From assembly GCF_030144855.1 (NCBI RefSeq), contig NC_082716.1:33356001-33420000 (forward strand): DNA of 64,000 nt, given 5' to 3'. Origin of the DNA: Hypanus sabinus. Lineage: Eukaryota. Both the position numbers and the translations under genes were made by a program. The notes under the pieces are model-generated. The model did not search any database. It worked only from the letters and a program-made list of their open reading frames with translations, and was not told where the DNA came from. Below, piece by piece: positions 50,659-62,394 of this stretch (positions are counted from its first letter, which is position 1; every line of letters begins with the position of its first letter).

Positions 50659-51937
50659 GTAAGTGAGGTGGTGGTGGTGGAGTAGGGTTGAGGGGCTGCC
50701 TTTTGTGGAGTGAAGTGTTGCTGGAGCTGCTCAGCGTGGAGTCATCAACTTGGCGAACGATGGTCCTTGCTCTGCTCTTCCAGCACAGTGAGATAGATGG
50801 CCCCCGGGGGAATGTTGCTGCCTCCATGACCCTGCTGAGGGTTGCATTGAAGCTTGGCACAGCCAGTGCAGAGGCACTGTGAGGAAGATCCACAGTCTAT
50901 AGGCTCCCTCTGCACACTTGGGGGAGGAAAGAAGTTGCCGTTGACACATTGAAATGGCGTTTAACTCCGAGGTGGGGGACTACATGTAATAGAATTTGGG
51001 ATAGTGTGGAAAGTACTCTGTTCAGAATGTATGAGTGTCTCTGGGATATGGTCTCAATTATGAATAGTTGGTGGAGTGGACCCCAGCTCACCCTGTGAAT
51101 GGCACTCTGTGACGTCTTGCAGGCTCTATAGCGGAGCTTGGGGTTGGGTAGTTCTTGGTTATCTTGGAGCAGCAATTCTAAGATTGTATAGAACATGCTG
51201 GATTAGATAATGGTATGGTTGGTGAAGAGACAGAATGAGTTTACATTTCAGGTCAGTGACCAACCCTTGAGGTGCTGACAAGCTCTAATGAAAGACCGTA
51301 GACATGAAGTGGAGATGCAAGAATGTTCAGATGCTAGTCTCTGGAACACAGACAATCTGCTGGAGGAACTGGGTGGGTTGAGCTACCTCTGTGGGGAGGG
51401 GGTGTTAAGGAATTGTTGATTTCCCCTACCTCATCCCACACATCCCCCATGCGTGCTCGACTGGTGGAGTTTCTGCAGCAGGTTATTACATTGATATGAA
51501 GTGTTAGCCGTATTCCTTGACAGTTGTTGCCAGACCTACTGAGTGCTTCTAACTTCTACATCTTAATTGCTGTTAATGATGTTGCAGCACACATCTCATA
51601 CATACAACTGGGTATGAATTCAGCTTCAGTTTTTAAGGGGCAGTCTATGATGAATAAAAATTAAATTTTATTAATGATAGTTTATGGCTGCATTTATATA
51701 CCTGCCACAATGCTTGCAGAGTAATTTGGTTAAGCAATCAGTCTGGGAAATTTGCAGTGCTTGTGCGTGTTGTCCTATCACGAGCAGCTAAAGGAATTAA
51801 ATCTCTGTTTAGTGTTTTGGAGAATATGGGGGGGGGGGGTTTCAACTAGTGGGCTATAAATACATGTTTTGAACAGCAATTAGAAACAAAAACTTTGAAT
51901 GCTGTTGTAATATTTTTGTGATTCTAGTTGGATCAAC

Positions 51938-52090
51938 ATGACAACAACATTCAGTGATGATGGTTCGAAGGCAATTGAGCAGATCACAGATGTTCTCGAA
52001 ACAGGCAACAGAACGGACAGCAGTAAAATAGATCACGTGTATGAGATTGAGAGAACCTGCGACTTCATCACAAATCATGCCTTTAAAAGG
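51938..52090 (+). CDS. DPH2: Diphthamide biosynthesis protein 2, coding exon 1
   Basis: MTTTFSDDGSKAIEQ...HVYEIERTCDFITNHAFKR; acceptor TTCTAG at 51927, donor AGG|GTATGT (phase 0). Confidence 0.85.
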
Positions 52091-52343
52091 GTATGTAGCT
52101 CAAGAATAATTTATTAGATTCTTCAAAAATCAGCACATGAGTTTTGTTGAAATAATCTTTAACTCTGTCATATTTGTTGCAGAATTTTTAATTAGGGCTT
52201 TTGACCAGTGGTAAAGGAAGGAAGAATAATTTAAATGTATCCAACCCACTTCAGAGGCCTTATAGCCACATAATATTTATTACATTGCAAGCATGCATTC
52301 ATGTCTGGGAGTATCCTCTGAAATATTTAATCATTCACACTAG

Positions 52344-52456
52344 GTGGCTGTACAATTTCCTGATGAACTTCTCATTGATGCAGCTGCGGTTGTATCAAAA
52401 TTGGAGAAAAAGACCAGTGCCAAGATTTTCATATTGGGAGACACATCATATGGCAG
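52344..52456 (+). CDS. DPH2: DPH2 coding exon 2
   Basis: [38 protein letters not shown]; AG/GT, 113 nt. Confidence 0.93.
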
Positions 52457-52605
52457 GTTTGAATTAATTTGATACAACTTTCACCAATTTGAATGTGGGG
52501 AATGTTGATAAGGGCAGTATTTATTGTCTTTTCCTCATTATTCCAATTGTTCTGCAAGTACAGTTTGTATTGACAGAATTACTTGAAATTTTCATATTTA
52601 TGTAG

Positions 52606-52826
52606 CTGCTGTGTGGATGAAGTTGCTGCTGAGCATGTTCAGGCTGACAGTATAATACATTATGGAAGAGCATGCCTCAGCCCAACCAGAAGACTCCCAG
52701 TAATGTACGTGTTTGGACAAAAATCTATCGATTTGTATCAATGTGCTGCTGCTTTTCGTGCACTCTACCCAGACAAGTTTACGTATGTTATAATGCTGTG
52801 TGATGTCATCTACTCATATGCACTTG
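52606..52826 (+). CDS. DPH2: DPH2 coding exon 3
   Basis: [37 protein letters not shown]...; phases compatible. Confidence 0.95.
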
Positions 52827-53297
52827 GTAAGAGTTTGTCTATAGTTACCCTTCTCCTCTTAAGTTCTTTCTCCTAAACTATAACGTTATAAGTAGATACT
52901 TTCTTTTGTCAAGGAGCTTACTGACTCTTCAAGGATTTAAAAAAAAGACTCAAAGCTTCATTTTATTATCAAAGAATGTATGCAGAATATATCTCTGAGA
53001 TTCGTCTTATCCAGGTAGCCATGGAATACAAAAAAACCATGGAAGCTTTCCAAATTTGGTTAATTCCTCTAAGTCTTTCTTACTATTCTCAGTGAATATA
53101 TTCCCTTATCCTAAGCTGACTTGAAGGGAATTGATAAATGAGAATACACCTGTGTGATTGTTAAACACATTTTTTACAAATAAATGATGTAGAAACTCAA
53201 GTTAGCCATTGTTTTAAAAGGATGATTTTTTCATTTTTTTACCCTTATTTCTCAGATATTATAAGATCTAAAGTATTTGACCACTTCATAATCAACA

Positions 53298-54073
53298 CAG
53301 TCAATTCTGGTTAATTGGGCCATCGTTTAATTGTGGCAGCCGCTTATTTGGAACAATTTTTTTAAAAAAAACAAAAACTAATGTGAAAGTTGCCAATACT
53401 CCATTGCTTTATTTGGGACACCTTGCTACTTAATTTGAATAGGAAATGTGCCAGACAGATCCTAACTAATGTCAGAAGTGTGCACTTGTGTGATTGTTAG
53501 ATGCTACGCTGTGCATAAAATGAACAGTCTTAAAACAGTGATTTTTGTCACTGACTGTTGGTGAGAAATAAACAGACAATTCTGAACTGTTTTGCTCACA
53601 GCAGTTTCAAGGATTCCGGCTTGAAGAAGCCAGAATTGGCTGGGACTGGAAATGAAATGATTTTACTACGCAACAAGTTAGGAACTATGAAGAATCTGAA
53701 GGTATCAACAATCATCTTGAATGTTACAATGGAAGCAAAGATTTGGAGGATGCAATCATCGGTAGCATTGTGTGAAGGCAGTCCATCATCTGCACTAGGT
53801 GTCTGTACTGATTTTGTTCATTGTGTATACTGAATGAAATCCTCAGTTGACAACTATTAGGAACTGATGAACAGTTTTATAGTACTGTAGTAGTATTGGT
53901 AGTGTTCTAATTTGTTCTGTATTTCACTTTATATATAATTTGTTATTCAGTTTGTCTTTTTGTTAATACTTTTTTTAACCACTTCCATGAAACTTCAGCT
54001 AATTGGTGCCAAATCTGCTTAATTGGGCCTAAATGTACTGACCCGATGTATCCCAATTAACTGGAATCCACTA
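53298..54073. mobile_element. TcMar-Tigger-like element (copy 3) in a DPH2 intron
   Basis: CAGTCAATTCTGGTTAATTGGG ... CCCAATTAACTGGAATCCACTA terminal inverted repeats. Confidence 0.75.
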
Positions 54074-54248
54074 TACTTCATTTTTTTTTAATATATACCG
54101 ATCACTTCAAAGATTGTTTTGTACAGTCTGGTAGGGTAATTTTTACCTAAATATAAATGCAATAAAAACTGGCTGTGGTGTAGTTGAATGAGGGTGTGAT
54201 TCAAAGCAACATTCTCTTCAGGTTACACGTTCAATAACTGTCGATGTA

Positions 54249-54728
54249 CAGGTTTCCCCTGCTATCCAAAAGTAGAGCGTTCCTATGAAACCTTTCGTAA
54301 GCTGAAATGGCGTAAAGCGAAAAAGCAATTACCATTAAAATTTGAGCGTTCCCAGACCCAAAAAAATAACCTACCCAATTATACAAAATAGCACATAAGA
54401 CCTAAAATAACACTTAACATACAGTAAAAGCAGGAATGATATAAATATACAGCCTATATAAACTAGAAATAATGTATGTACAGTGTAGTTTCACTTAACA
54501 GAATTGGAAAGATTTAGCCAAAACCAATTTGTAGGAAAAAAAATCGGCACGTACACACATGCGCACACCTGCCCGTGCAAGGCTTCACTGTCATGGTAGT
54601 CTTTTTCGGGGTAAACATAAGTTTAAAGCAGGTGCCTTTTTTCGTAAAAGTGAAAATCCTCTTCAGATTTCTTTCAGTTAGCGAAAACAGCTACTAATGT
54701 AGGTCTTTCGTAAAGCGGGGGACTCCTG
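54249..54728. mobile_element. Tigger-like MITE
   Basis: TA|CAGGTTTCCCCTGCT ... AGCGGGGGACTCCTG|TA; imperfect TIRs with TA TSD. Confidence 0.65.
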
Positions 54729-54803
54729 TATAACAGCTTCTGTTTTTTCTGTAATTATTCATTATGCAGTCTTGACTAAGGCACTTGTTTGATCTTTTAT
54801 TAG

Positions 54804-55508
54804 ATGAACTACAACAGCTGCTCCAACCAGAATATGAAAACCTTGTTGTTTCAGCAGTTTGTGCTTACAGAAATGGAACAACCGATCCCTGTACAACCGA
54901 TGGCCTTCACAATGAAAGTGATATTGATGTCCAGGGATCTAGCAGCCAGTCATGCCTTCAAGTTATTAATAAGTTTGGGCGCCAATTCACTATTCATGAT
55001 GGCAGGAGTGTGAATGACTACAATATGTTCTACATTGGACAGGAGAGCCCAACATTGACAAATTTTATGATGACGTGGAATCAATGTTCGTTTTGCTCAT
55101 TTGATCCTGTGAAAGGAGTTGGGAGACAGGAAAGTGTGAATATTAACAAGGCTTTAATGAAGCGATACTACATGATCGAAAGAGCCAAGGATGCTCAAGT
55201 TGTAGGAATTTTAGTCGGGACTCTTGGTGTTGCTGACTATCTCTCCACTATTAATCATCTTAAAAGGATTGTCAAACAATTGGGCAAAAAAAGTTACACC
55301 TTTGTAATGGGTAAATTGAATGTTGCTAAATTGGCTAATTTCTTGGAGGTGGACATATATGTGTTAGTAGCTTGTCCAGAAAACTCTCTGTTGGATTCCA
55401 GTGAGTTTTATAGACCAGTCATAACCCCATACGAGATGGAGGTTGCTTGCAATCAAGCACGGCAATGGACTGGAGAATACATTACTGACTTCAGGGATCT
55501 GCTTCCAG
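54804..55508 (+). CDS. DPH2: DPH2 coding exon 4
   Basis: KRYYMIERAKDAQVVGILVGTLG...GKLNVAKLANFLEVDIYVLVACPENSLL...PVITPYEME; 705 nt, phase 1 to phase 1. Confidence 0.97.
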
Positions 55509-56067
55509 GTTTGTCTATTGTCACATTCTCATGCTTGTATCTGTGATTATAGAAAAGTGTGTATATTTTCTAATAACTTTATAAAATTGGGATGTTGGTA
55601 TCACTGGTTTGCCAATATTTATTGCTGAGGACTTAAGAAGTCCCCTTTAAGAAGATGATGGTATACGTCATGTGCATGAACCATTGCCGTTCTGCTGGTG
55701 AGGGTACTCCATTGTGGAGCTGAGTAGGGAGTTACAGGATTCAGATTAGTGACAATGAAGAAATAGATTTCCAAGTCAAACTAGTGTGTTTCTAAACAGG
55801 GGACCTGACAACTGTGTCCTTATATGTCTGTTGCCCATGCCATTTTTGTAGCAGGTGTTGCAGGTTTGAAAGGTGCACGTGAATGAATGGATTCACATTC
55901 ATCCATTAATGTTAAAATAAAAATGTACCTTTTCCACAATAGCACCCTTGCACGGCCCGGCAGTAAGTTTAGAATACTGGTTTTGGTTTTTCACTTTTTA
56001 TGTGGTATAGGTAAGAAATTTACTGATGTGTGCATTTCTGATGACCTGAGAACTAATCAGTTAACAG

Positions 56068-56340
56068 GGTGGCACAGTAGTGAAGTGCATGCCGTAACTT
56101 ACAGTGCCAGCAATAGCCGATTGGTTTCAATTTCCACCACTGCTTGTGAGGAGTTTGTATGTTTTCCCTATGATCCTGTGGGTTTCCTCCAGGTGCTCTG
56201 GTTCCCTCCCACATTCCAAAGATGTATGGTTAGGGTTGGTGAATTGTGGACACGTTATGTTAGTGCCGGAAGCGTGGTGACACCTGCGGGCTCCCCAGCA
56301 CGATCCTTGATTTGATGCAAATGACACACTTCACTCTATG
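56068..56340 (+). mobile_element. V-SINE/HE1-like SINE
   Basis: GGTGGCACAGTAG head and GTGGGTTTCCTCCAGGTGCTCTGGTTCCCTCCCACATTCCAAAGATG core, shared with copies near 24660-24990, 57540-57720 and 62900-63115. Confidence 0.6.
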
Positions 56341-56344
56341 TTGT

Positions 56345-56980
56345 TGTTTTTTTAAAACTTTAAAAAAAAAAAATTTTTGCTCAGCATAACAAAACTTTAA
56401 ATTTCCAAGTACATTTACATTTCTTCCCCTCACAGATATCAGCTATCAGAACACTTCCATCAAAGTATAGATGCCACCACCACATCCTATACAAAAGTCC
56501 TTATTAGTATAGCAGACAGGTTTACATCTACATATTGTAGAAAAAGTTGCCATGTTTTATGAAAACTATTTGTTTTTGAGTGTACCACACTTGTTAAACA
56601 GTCCAAAGGAATATATTCCATGATTAATTTACGCCAACCAGAAAGACCAGGGGCCTTATCGGATATCCAGCAAAGTAAAATGGTCTTCCTCTCACAAAAT
56701 GTCAGGATGTTAAAAAGTTTTTTCTTGATGTGCATTAATAATACGACTGCTGAGTAAGCCTAAGAGAAAAGGCACTGATCCAGTTCACGCTCCATCCTTT
56801 CCATTTCACCCAAAATATCACTCCAGCATGCCTGAAGTTTGGGAAAAGTCCAAAAACAATGGGTGAAAGTTCCAGTATTTCCTTTACATTTAGAACACAT
56901 TGGAGAAACCCCCGTCTTAAATTTCAAGAGACGATCTGGAGTCAGATGGGCTGTATGCAGAATTTTGAGTTGCAACACTC
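56345..56980 (-). mobile_element. L1/Tx1-type LINE 3' fragment
   Basis: QLKILHTAHLTPDRLLKFKTGVSPMCSKCKGNTGTFTHCFW (ORF2 CCHC region). Confidence 0.8.
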
Positions 56981-57982
56981 TAATGTTTGATGTTTCAATA
57001 TATGTGACAAATAAAGCTAATCAATCTATGAAATTTCCTCGATTTCTATCAAATAAGTTTCTGTAGATTGAGGAGGGAGGAGAAACTATTTCACATTTTG
57101 ACTGGAAATATGTTGCACATTCCTTCACTATCACTAGGTCTGAATCTTAGAACTCCCTACACAGTACCACAGCAAAGTTTCTGCACCAGAAGATCTGCAA
57201 TGGTTCAAGAAGGTCGCACATCACCAGCCACCAGCTTCTCAAGGGTATTTAGCCTTTGGCAGTAAATATTGCTCTCACCAATGATACATATTCTAGTTGC
57301 TTATAATTTGAGTCATTTGCAGAATAAACTATAGTCTATTTTCTAACATTATCAGTGAATAGCGTACAATAGTTATCCCTCATGATTTGCCTAATCGTAA
57401 ATAACTACAAAATGGCCTTTTGGCTCACTGGTTCCATACTGACCATCAATACCCATTTTACACAAATCCCAGTTCATTCCCTCTAAATTTCAAAATAATT
57501 CTGCCTCTCGCCTAAACACTATGGACAACTTAGAGTAGTTAATTAACCTACCAACCTGTATGCCTATAAGATGTGGGAGGAGACCAGAGCATGTGGGGGA
57601 AGCAGCCTCAGAGAACATACAAACCCTGTACAGACAGCGCTGGATATCAACACAAAACAAACCACTGCAGGACCTCAGCCAGTGGGTTGCTGCAGCTGCT
57701 CTACCAGCTGCACGACTGGGTGACTGTTTTTGATTATCAATTTCATGATCACAGCTAGTCATGGTTAAATTGAATTGTCTCAAACTATTAGACACGGGAT
57801 GTAAAAGCAGTTTCCTGCACCACTCAGCTCCTTGGCTATATTACTAACCCTCCTTGCCTTTTCTTTATTTCTCCACAATATTCCAGACTGAAGTAACGTT
57901 ACAAACAATACTTTATGTATTTGCTGGGTTTTTAATGGACTGACAACTTTTCATTAAGTGTCACTGACTTCCTGCTTCACAG

Positions 57983-58165
57983 GTGGCTGCCGTCATGTTC
58001 AATTTCCAGACGAGAACTTCAAAAGTCAGGAGACCAATGTCTCACTAATAACTGGAAACCTTCAAGCAATTCATCTGCTAAAGTCGGAGGGGCAAATCAA
58101 CACATCCAGCACATCTCTGATCCCCAGGAATGAGGCTCTTGCAGTTACTCAGTCACACCCAGCAG
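57983..58165 (+). CDS. DPH2: DPH2 coding exon 5
   Basis: GGCRHVQFPDE...NVSLITGNLQ...HPA; acceptor CTTCACAG, donor G|GTAATA. Confidence 0.9.
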
Positions 58166-59092
58166 GTAATAAAATTTAATATTAATCAGGAAGGGTGATG
58201 TTTTTATTATTTTTCTCATTTCTTCCCGCAAGGGTTTATCCATATTTCACATGGTAAAGATGCAGGCAAGCCACTTGTTCTCAGTGCTCTAAGGGAAGCT
58301 TGGGTGTGATGGGCCTTGTGGATTTTCTTTTAATTGACATTTAACATATATGCAACAAGTGAAAATGAGGATGAATTATTCATGAAGACAGGCCACTTGG
58401 GTGAATTAGAGGAAACTATTATAGTTTTTAAGGTCACGTACTTTAGGCAGACAACAAAAGTGCAGTTACAGTGTATGACTTTTAGTGATGCCACAGATGA
58501 GAAAGAAAAGATAAAGATTGTACTTAATTTTATTTTGTGCGATCTTGCAAAGATCTTCTCCTTTGTTAAATTTAACAGAGAAATTTGGATAACCAGAATT
58601 TCAGAGAGTTTTATTTACCAGGAATGGTTAAGTCTAAGGGTAACAAACATAGACAATAGTTTCAACAGCACATGAATGGGTCTGTCAGTGTTACTGACAT
58701 GGCAGGAGTCAGTGTTACTGAGGGCATGTTAAAATGTGAAAAGTGAAAATTGAATAAAGTTCAATATTAGGAAGAGAGATGGATTTGGTAGCTAGGGATC
58801 AAAGTTTGCGATGAGCACTAAACACTGTAACTTCTAAAGTTTTCCTAAAATTTAATTGGAAGAAATCTCTGCTCATCTAGTCCAGGATATGGACAAGTCC
58901 TGTGACTTCGAGAGAGTGAAGAGATCAAGAGAAGTGTTGAAGAGGTGGAAAATGTTTTTTCATTACCAATGGACATTCTGAAGAAACAATTTGAGTTCTT
59001 CCATTAGCCTACTACTTAAGTCTAGATTTGTTTCTTTTTCCTTTTCCTGTATTTCTGCTTTTTGCAAGACTGATATAAAAATTATTTTACAG

Positions 59093-59217
59093 CTTCATTC
59101 TTAGCAACTCGGAGTTGGAAGGGATTGGAGCAAAACCTTGGGGAGACACCTGTGTCCAAAGCAGTAGAAGGACGGAAAGGGATTGCGATTGCCTATGAGG
59201 AAGAGGGCACTAGTTGA
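59093..59217 (+). CDS. DPH2: DPH2 last coding exon
   Basis: [41 protein letters not shown], the conserved DPH2 C-terminus. The six exons sum to 1500 nt (499 aa plus stop). Confidence 0.93.
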
Positions 59218-62200
59218 AGTAACTGCAGCCCTGGATGTTAATATGTATGAAAATGACCTGAAATCCAATTCAAGGAATAGAGAGACTAACAAAGATGGCC
59301 CCATTTGAAAGTAAATTGGTCTCTACAACATTTCTTTGGAAGTCTTTAACTTTCAAGATAATGGTGTGTCCCCATACAAAATGATGGGTGATAGTTCTTG
59401 AATGTTGGTGAGCAATAACATTTTGAACCAAATTGTGAACTTGAGAAGTTATTTTATGAGTTGTGTAGTTATCTTGTGGGATATATTATGAATCACCTAA
59501 TCCAAAGGTTCAGTGATGATGAAGCCAAATTGAGAATTCACTGAATGCTGTGAATTGGTTGGATTTGACTAGACTGTTTTATATTATATATTATAGATAA
59601 CATGGAAAAATATTTGCTGTTCTGTGATTCAAGATTATGATGAAGGATCTTGACCTGAAACATTGACTCTTTGTTCCTCTCCATAAATACTGCTGGAACT
59701 GCTGAGTTCCTCCGGATTTTCAGTATCTGCAAAATCTCTTGTGCTTGTAAAATGGTATGTTCATCAAATGACAACAAAAAACAAATGGGTGGAAGCAAAG
59801 GTATAACTGTGGAGGCTGACTATGTTAGGTTTCATGATTTCTGGTATGGATCAGGTACTTTCCCATCAATGTCTAGAATTTAGCAATAATGACAACTTGG
59901 ACTTAGTTGGTGCACTCACTACATAAATTTTAAATTGAGTGCAGAAATTGAACTCTTTGCAAGGATTCAAAGTTTGAAAACTAAGGATGGGGAGGGAATT
60001 GGAAGCTGTTCTGTTGGCCTGGAGAAACTAAAAATCTATGGAACAGCCGGATGTAACAAGTCAAGAGCAGTGGATTTGTGTGATCATTCACTTCACCTAT
60101 GTTTGTTGACCAAGATTAAAGTTAACACTTTGAAGGAATGCAACAATATAGGGAGGGAGTTGTGAACTGGTAGTCCAAGATCATGTGACATCAACTATTG
60201 AATGAAAAATGGATAAAGTGGAAATGCACAGGAGATCTGGAAGAAATGGGGTGATGTAGAGATGTGAAGTTAATTATGAGGAATTTTAAAATCAATCGGA
60301 TGAAACAAATAAAGACAATGAGGGGAAAGAAGGGATTATGGGCAGCATAGCCTTGGGTGGCATGAGATTGAAACTTCCACATTCTATAATCTAAATTTAC
60401 AGCAAGAATACTGGAGAGAGAGTCGAGAACCAATGGTCACTTATTTCAATGACAGATGAGAGTAAATTGTCACCACTTAATGGCCAGTGGATTTTAAACT
60501 GCAGTCAGTGCTCAATCTGACTATTTTGTATGATTCCTCAGTATATGAGAAGTAACCTATGAGCTAATATGATTGAAAAGGTATGTACTTATGAGAGGAG
60601 CTAATTTTCCCAATATGGAGTACTTTGTCTTACCAGAGCAGATAGTTGTGTGACAGAGGAAGGTAGTGGAGAAGTAAATCCCATCTAGACTGCCCATTAA
60701 TGTCTGCATTGTTTTCAATGTCATTACATCATATGGATGTTCAAAAGGAAATATGGTTTTGAAATGTGTGCACCCCATCTTAACTGCTGTCTTATTTTTA
60801 ACTGTAATGATAAACGGTTATTTGTTTGACCAGAGACATGGTATAGATGTAATTAAATGGTGATAATGTCTCAATTTGAAGCATATGTAATGAAGACTGA
60901 ATACCTCAGATGCCTTTCACTTTATTTTAATACAGTCTGAAATTATCAATAAAAATAATTTGTTTATTTCTAGGGTTTTTGGTTAGTTATGCTGCAATGT
61001 ACATTTACTCCTAGCATCTGAACTTTGTCACTTTTTAAGTAGGATGCAGCAGGAAAGTTCATCTCCCATTACTGTACTTGTGAATCTATCCTGTACCAAT
61101 GTTAATTCTCAAGAAAATTAATTTTCAAATGAAGGGGAAGGCAACTTGGAGCTTTTTTATTCTAATTGATACTCCAATGTACTTGTATTTTTTTTTATTG
61201 TTATACTGTGGAAGAACTAATTTTCCAGTGAATCCAGTGACTTTAAAGGGAACATAAAGAAAATACAGATGAGGTTCAGTGGAACACCGGGTTGGGAGCT
61301 CTGGTGAGGTCCATATAAACACAGGAACCAGGACCGCAGTGAGCGTGGGATCCAGGCTCCTGGTTGATGGAAATGGTTTTGTAGAACACCTGTTAAACAA
61401 TAATTCGTTCAAACATGATTTTCTTGTCACAGTACCATTGACTTGAAATGCCCCTCTGTACTTTTTTCTCTATGATATTTACTAATCTAACTACTAATGT
61501 TACTTCTTTGCAACTATGTTCAACATTGTTAGAATGACAGTGGATTGCATTAGACCCAGCAGCACAACTGAGAATACCCAAAGTTAGATCTTGGGTGTAC
61601 AGTTGGCCTACTTTTCCCTGTCACTCCAACCCAGAGTTGTCTGCTCCAAAGTCATTCTCCCTCCAGGTTATCATCCATCCAGAAGGCTGAGGTTTAGTTG
61701 GGGTGTGATGAGTGATGAATAAAACAACCAGTTTGGAGCCAAGGGGTGCTTGAAGGTGTCATGGGGAGACTGTGTAACCAGGAGAGGCACACCTGCACCT
61801 TTTGTCATGGGGACTACACTTGTACAATTCATCAGAAAAGGCACAGCTTACACCCTTCAGCTCGAGTTATAAAATAACTAAACACACACAAGCAGCAAAA
61901 CAGGCTCAAGACTCTTCTACACTTGACACAGCACAACTTGGATAGAAGTTTCATGTTTCAGAGCCAAGTGCTTGTTTTAGGCAGCTGAAATACAACAGAA
62001 AATCTGGGAAATACTCAGCAGTTCGGGCAGCATCTTTAGGGGGAAGAAGAAGCCAGTGTTTCAGGTTAACGGCCTTTTATTTGAAATGTGAATTCTGATT
62101 TGCTGTCTACAGACCCTGGCTAGCCTGCTGCATGTACTAGCATTTTCTGTTTTGCTTTAACTTAGCTGTGTCTGAGCTTGTGTTCCTGACTATAATAGTG

Positions 62201-62394
62201 ATACCAGTTATTTATTTATTATTATTATCATTTCATTTTTTCTTCTTTTTGTGTTTGAACAGTTTGTTGCCTTTTGCACACGTTTAGTTCAACCTGTTTG
62301 TGTGGTCTTTCTTTGGTTCCATTATGGTTATTGGATTTGTTGAGTGTCCACAAGAAAATGGATTCCAGGGTTGTATATGGTGGCACACACATAT

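Noticed and set aside
59130-59150. Apparent frameshift in the last DPH2 exon
   Set aside because: Careful reading (CTT GGG GAG ACA) keeps the frame through the conserved [13 protein letters not shown] end.
36463-59217. Functional 'translation recoding' cluster of a selenoprotein and DPH2
   Set aside because: Vertebrate neighbours are rarely co-functional; no shared regulatory evidence in the sequence.
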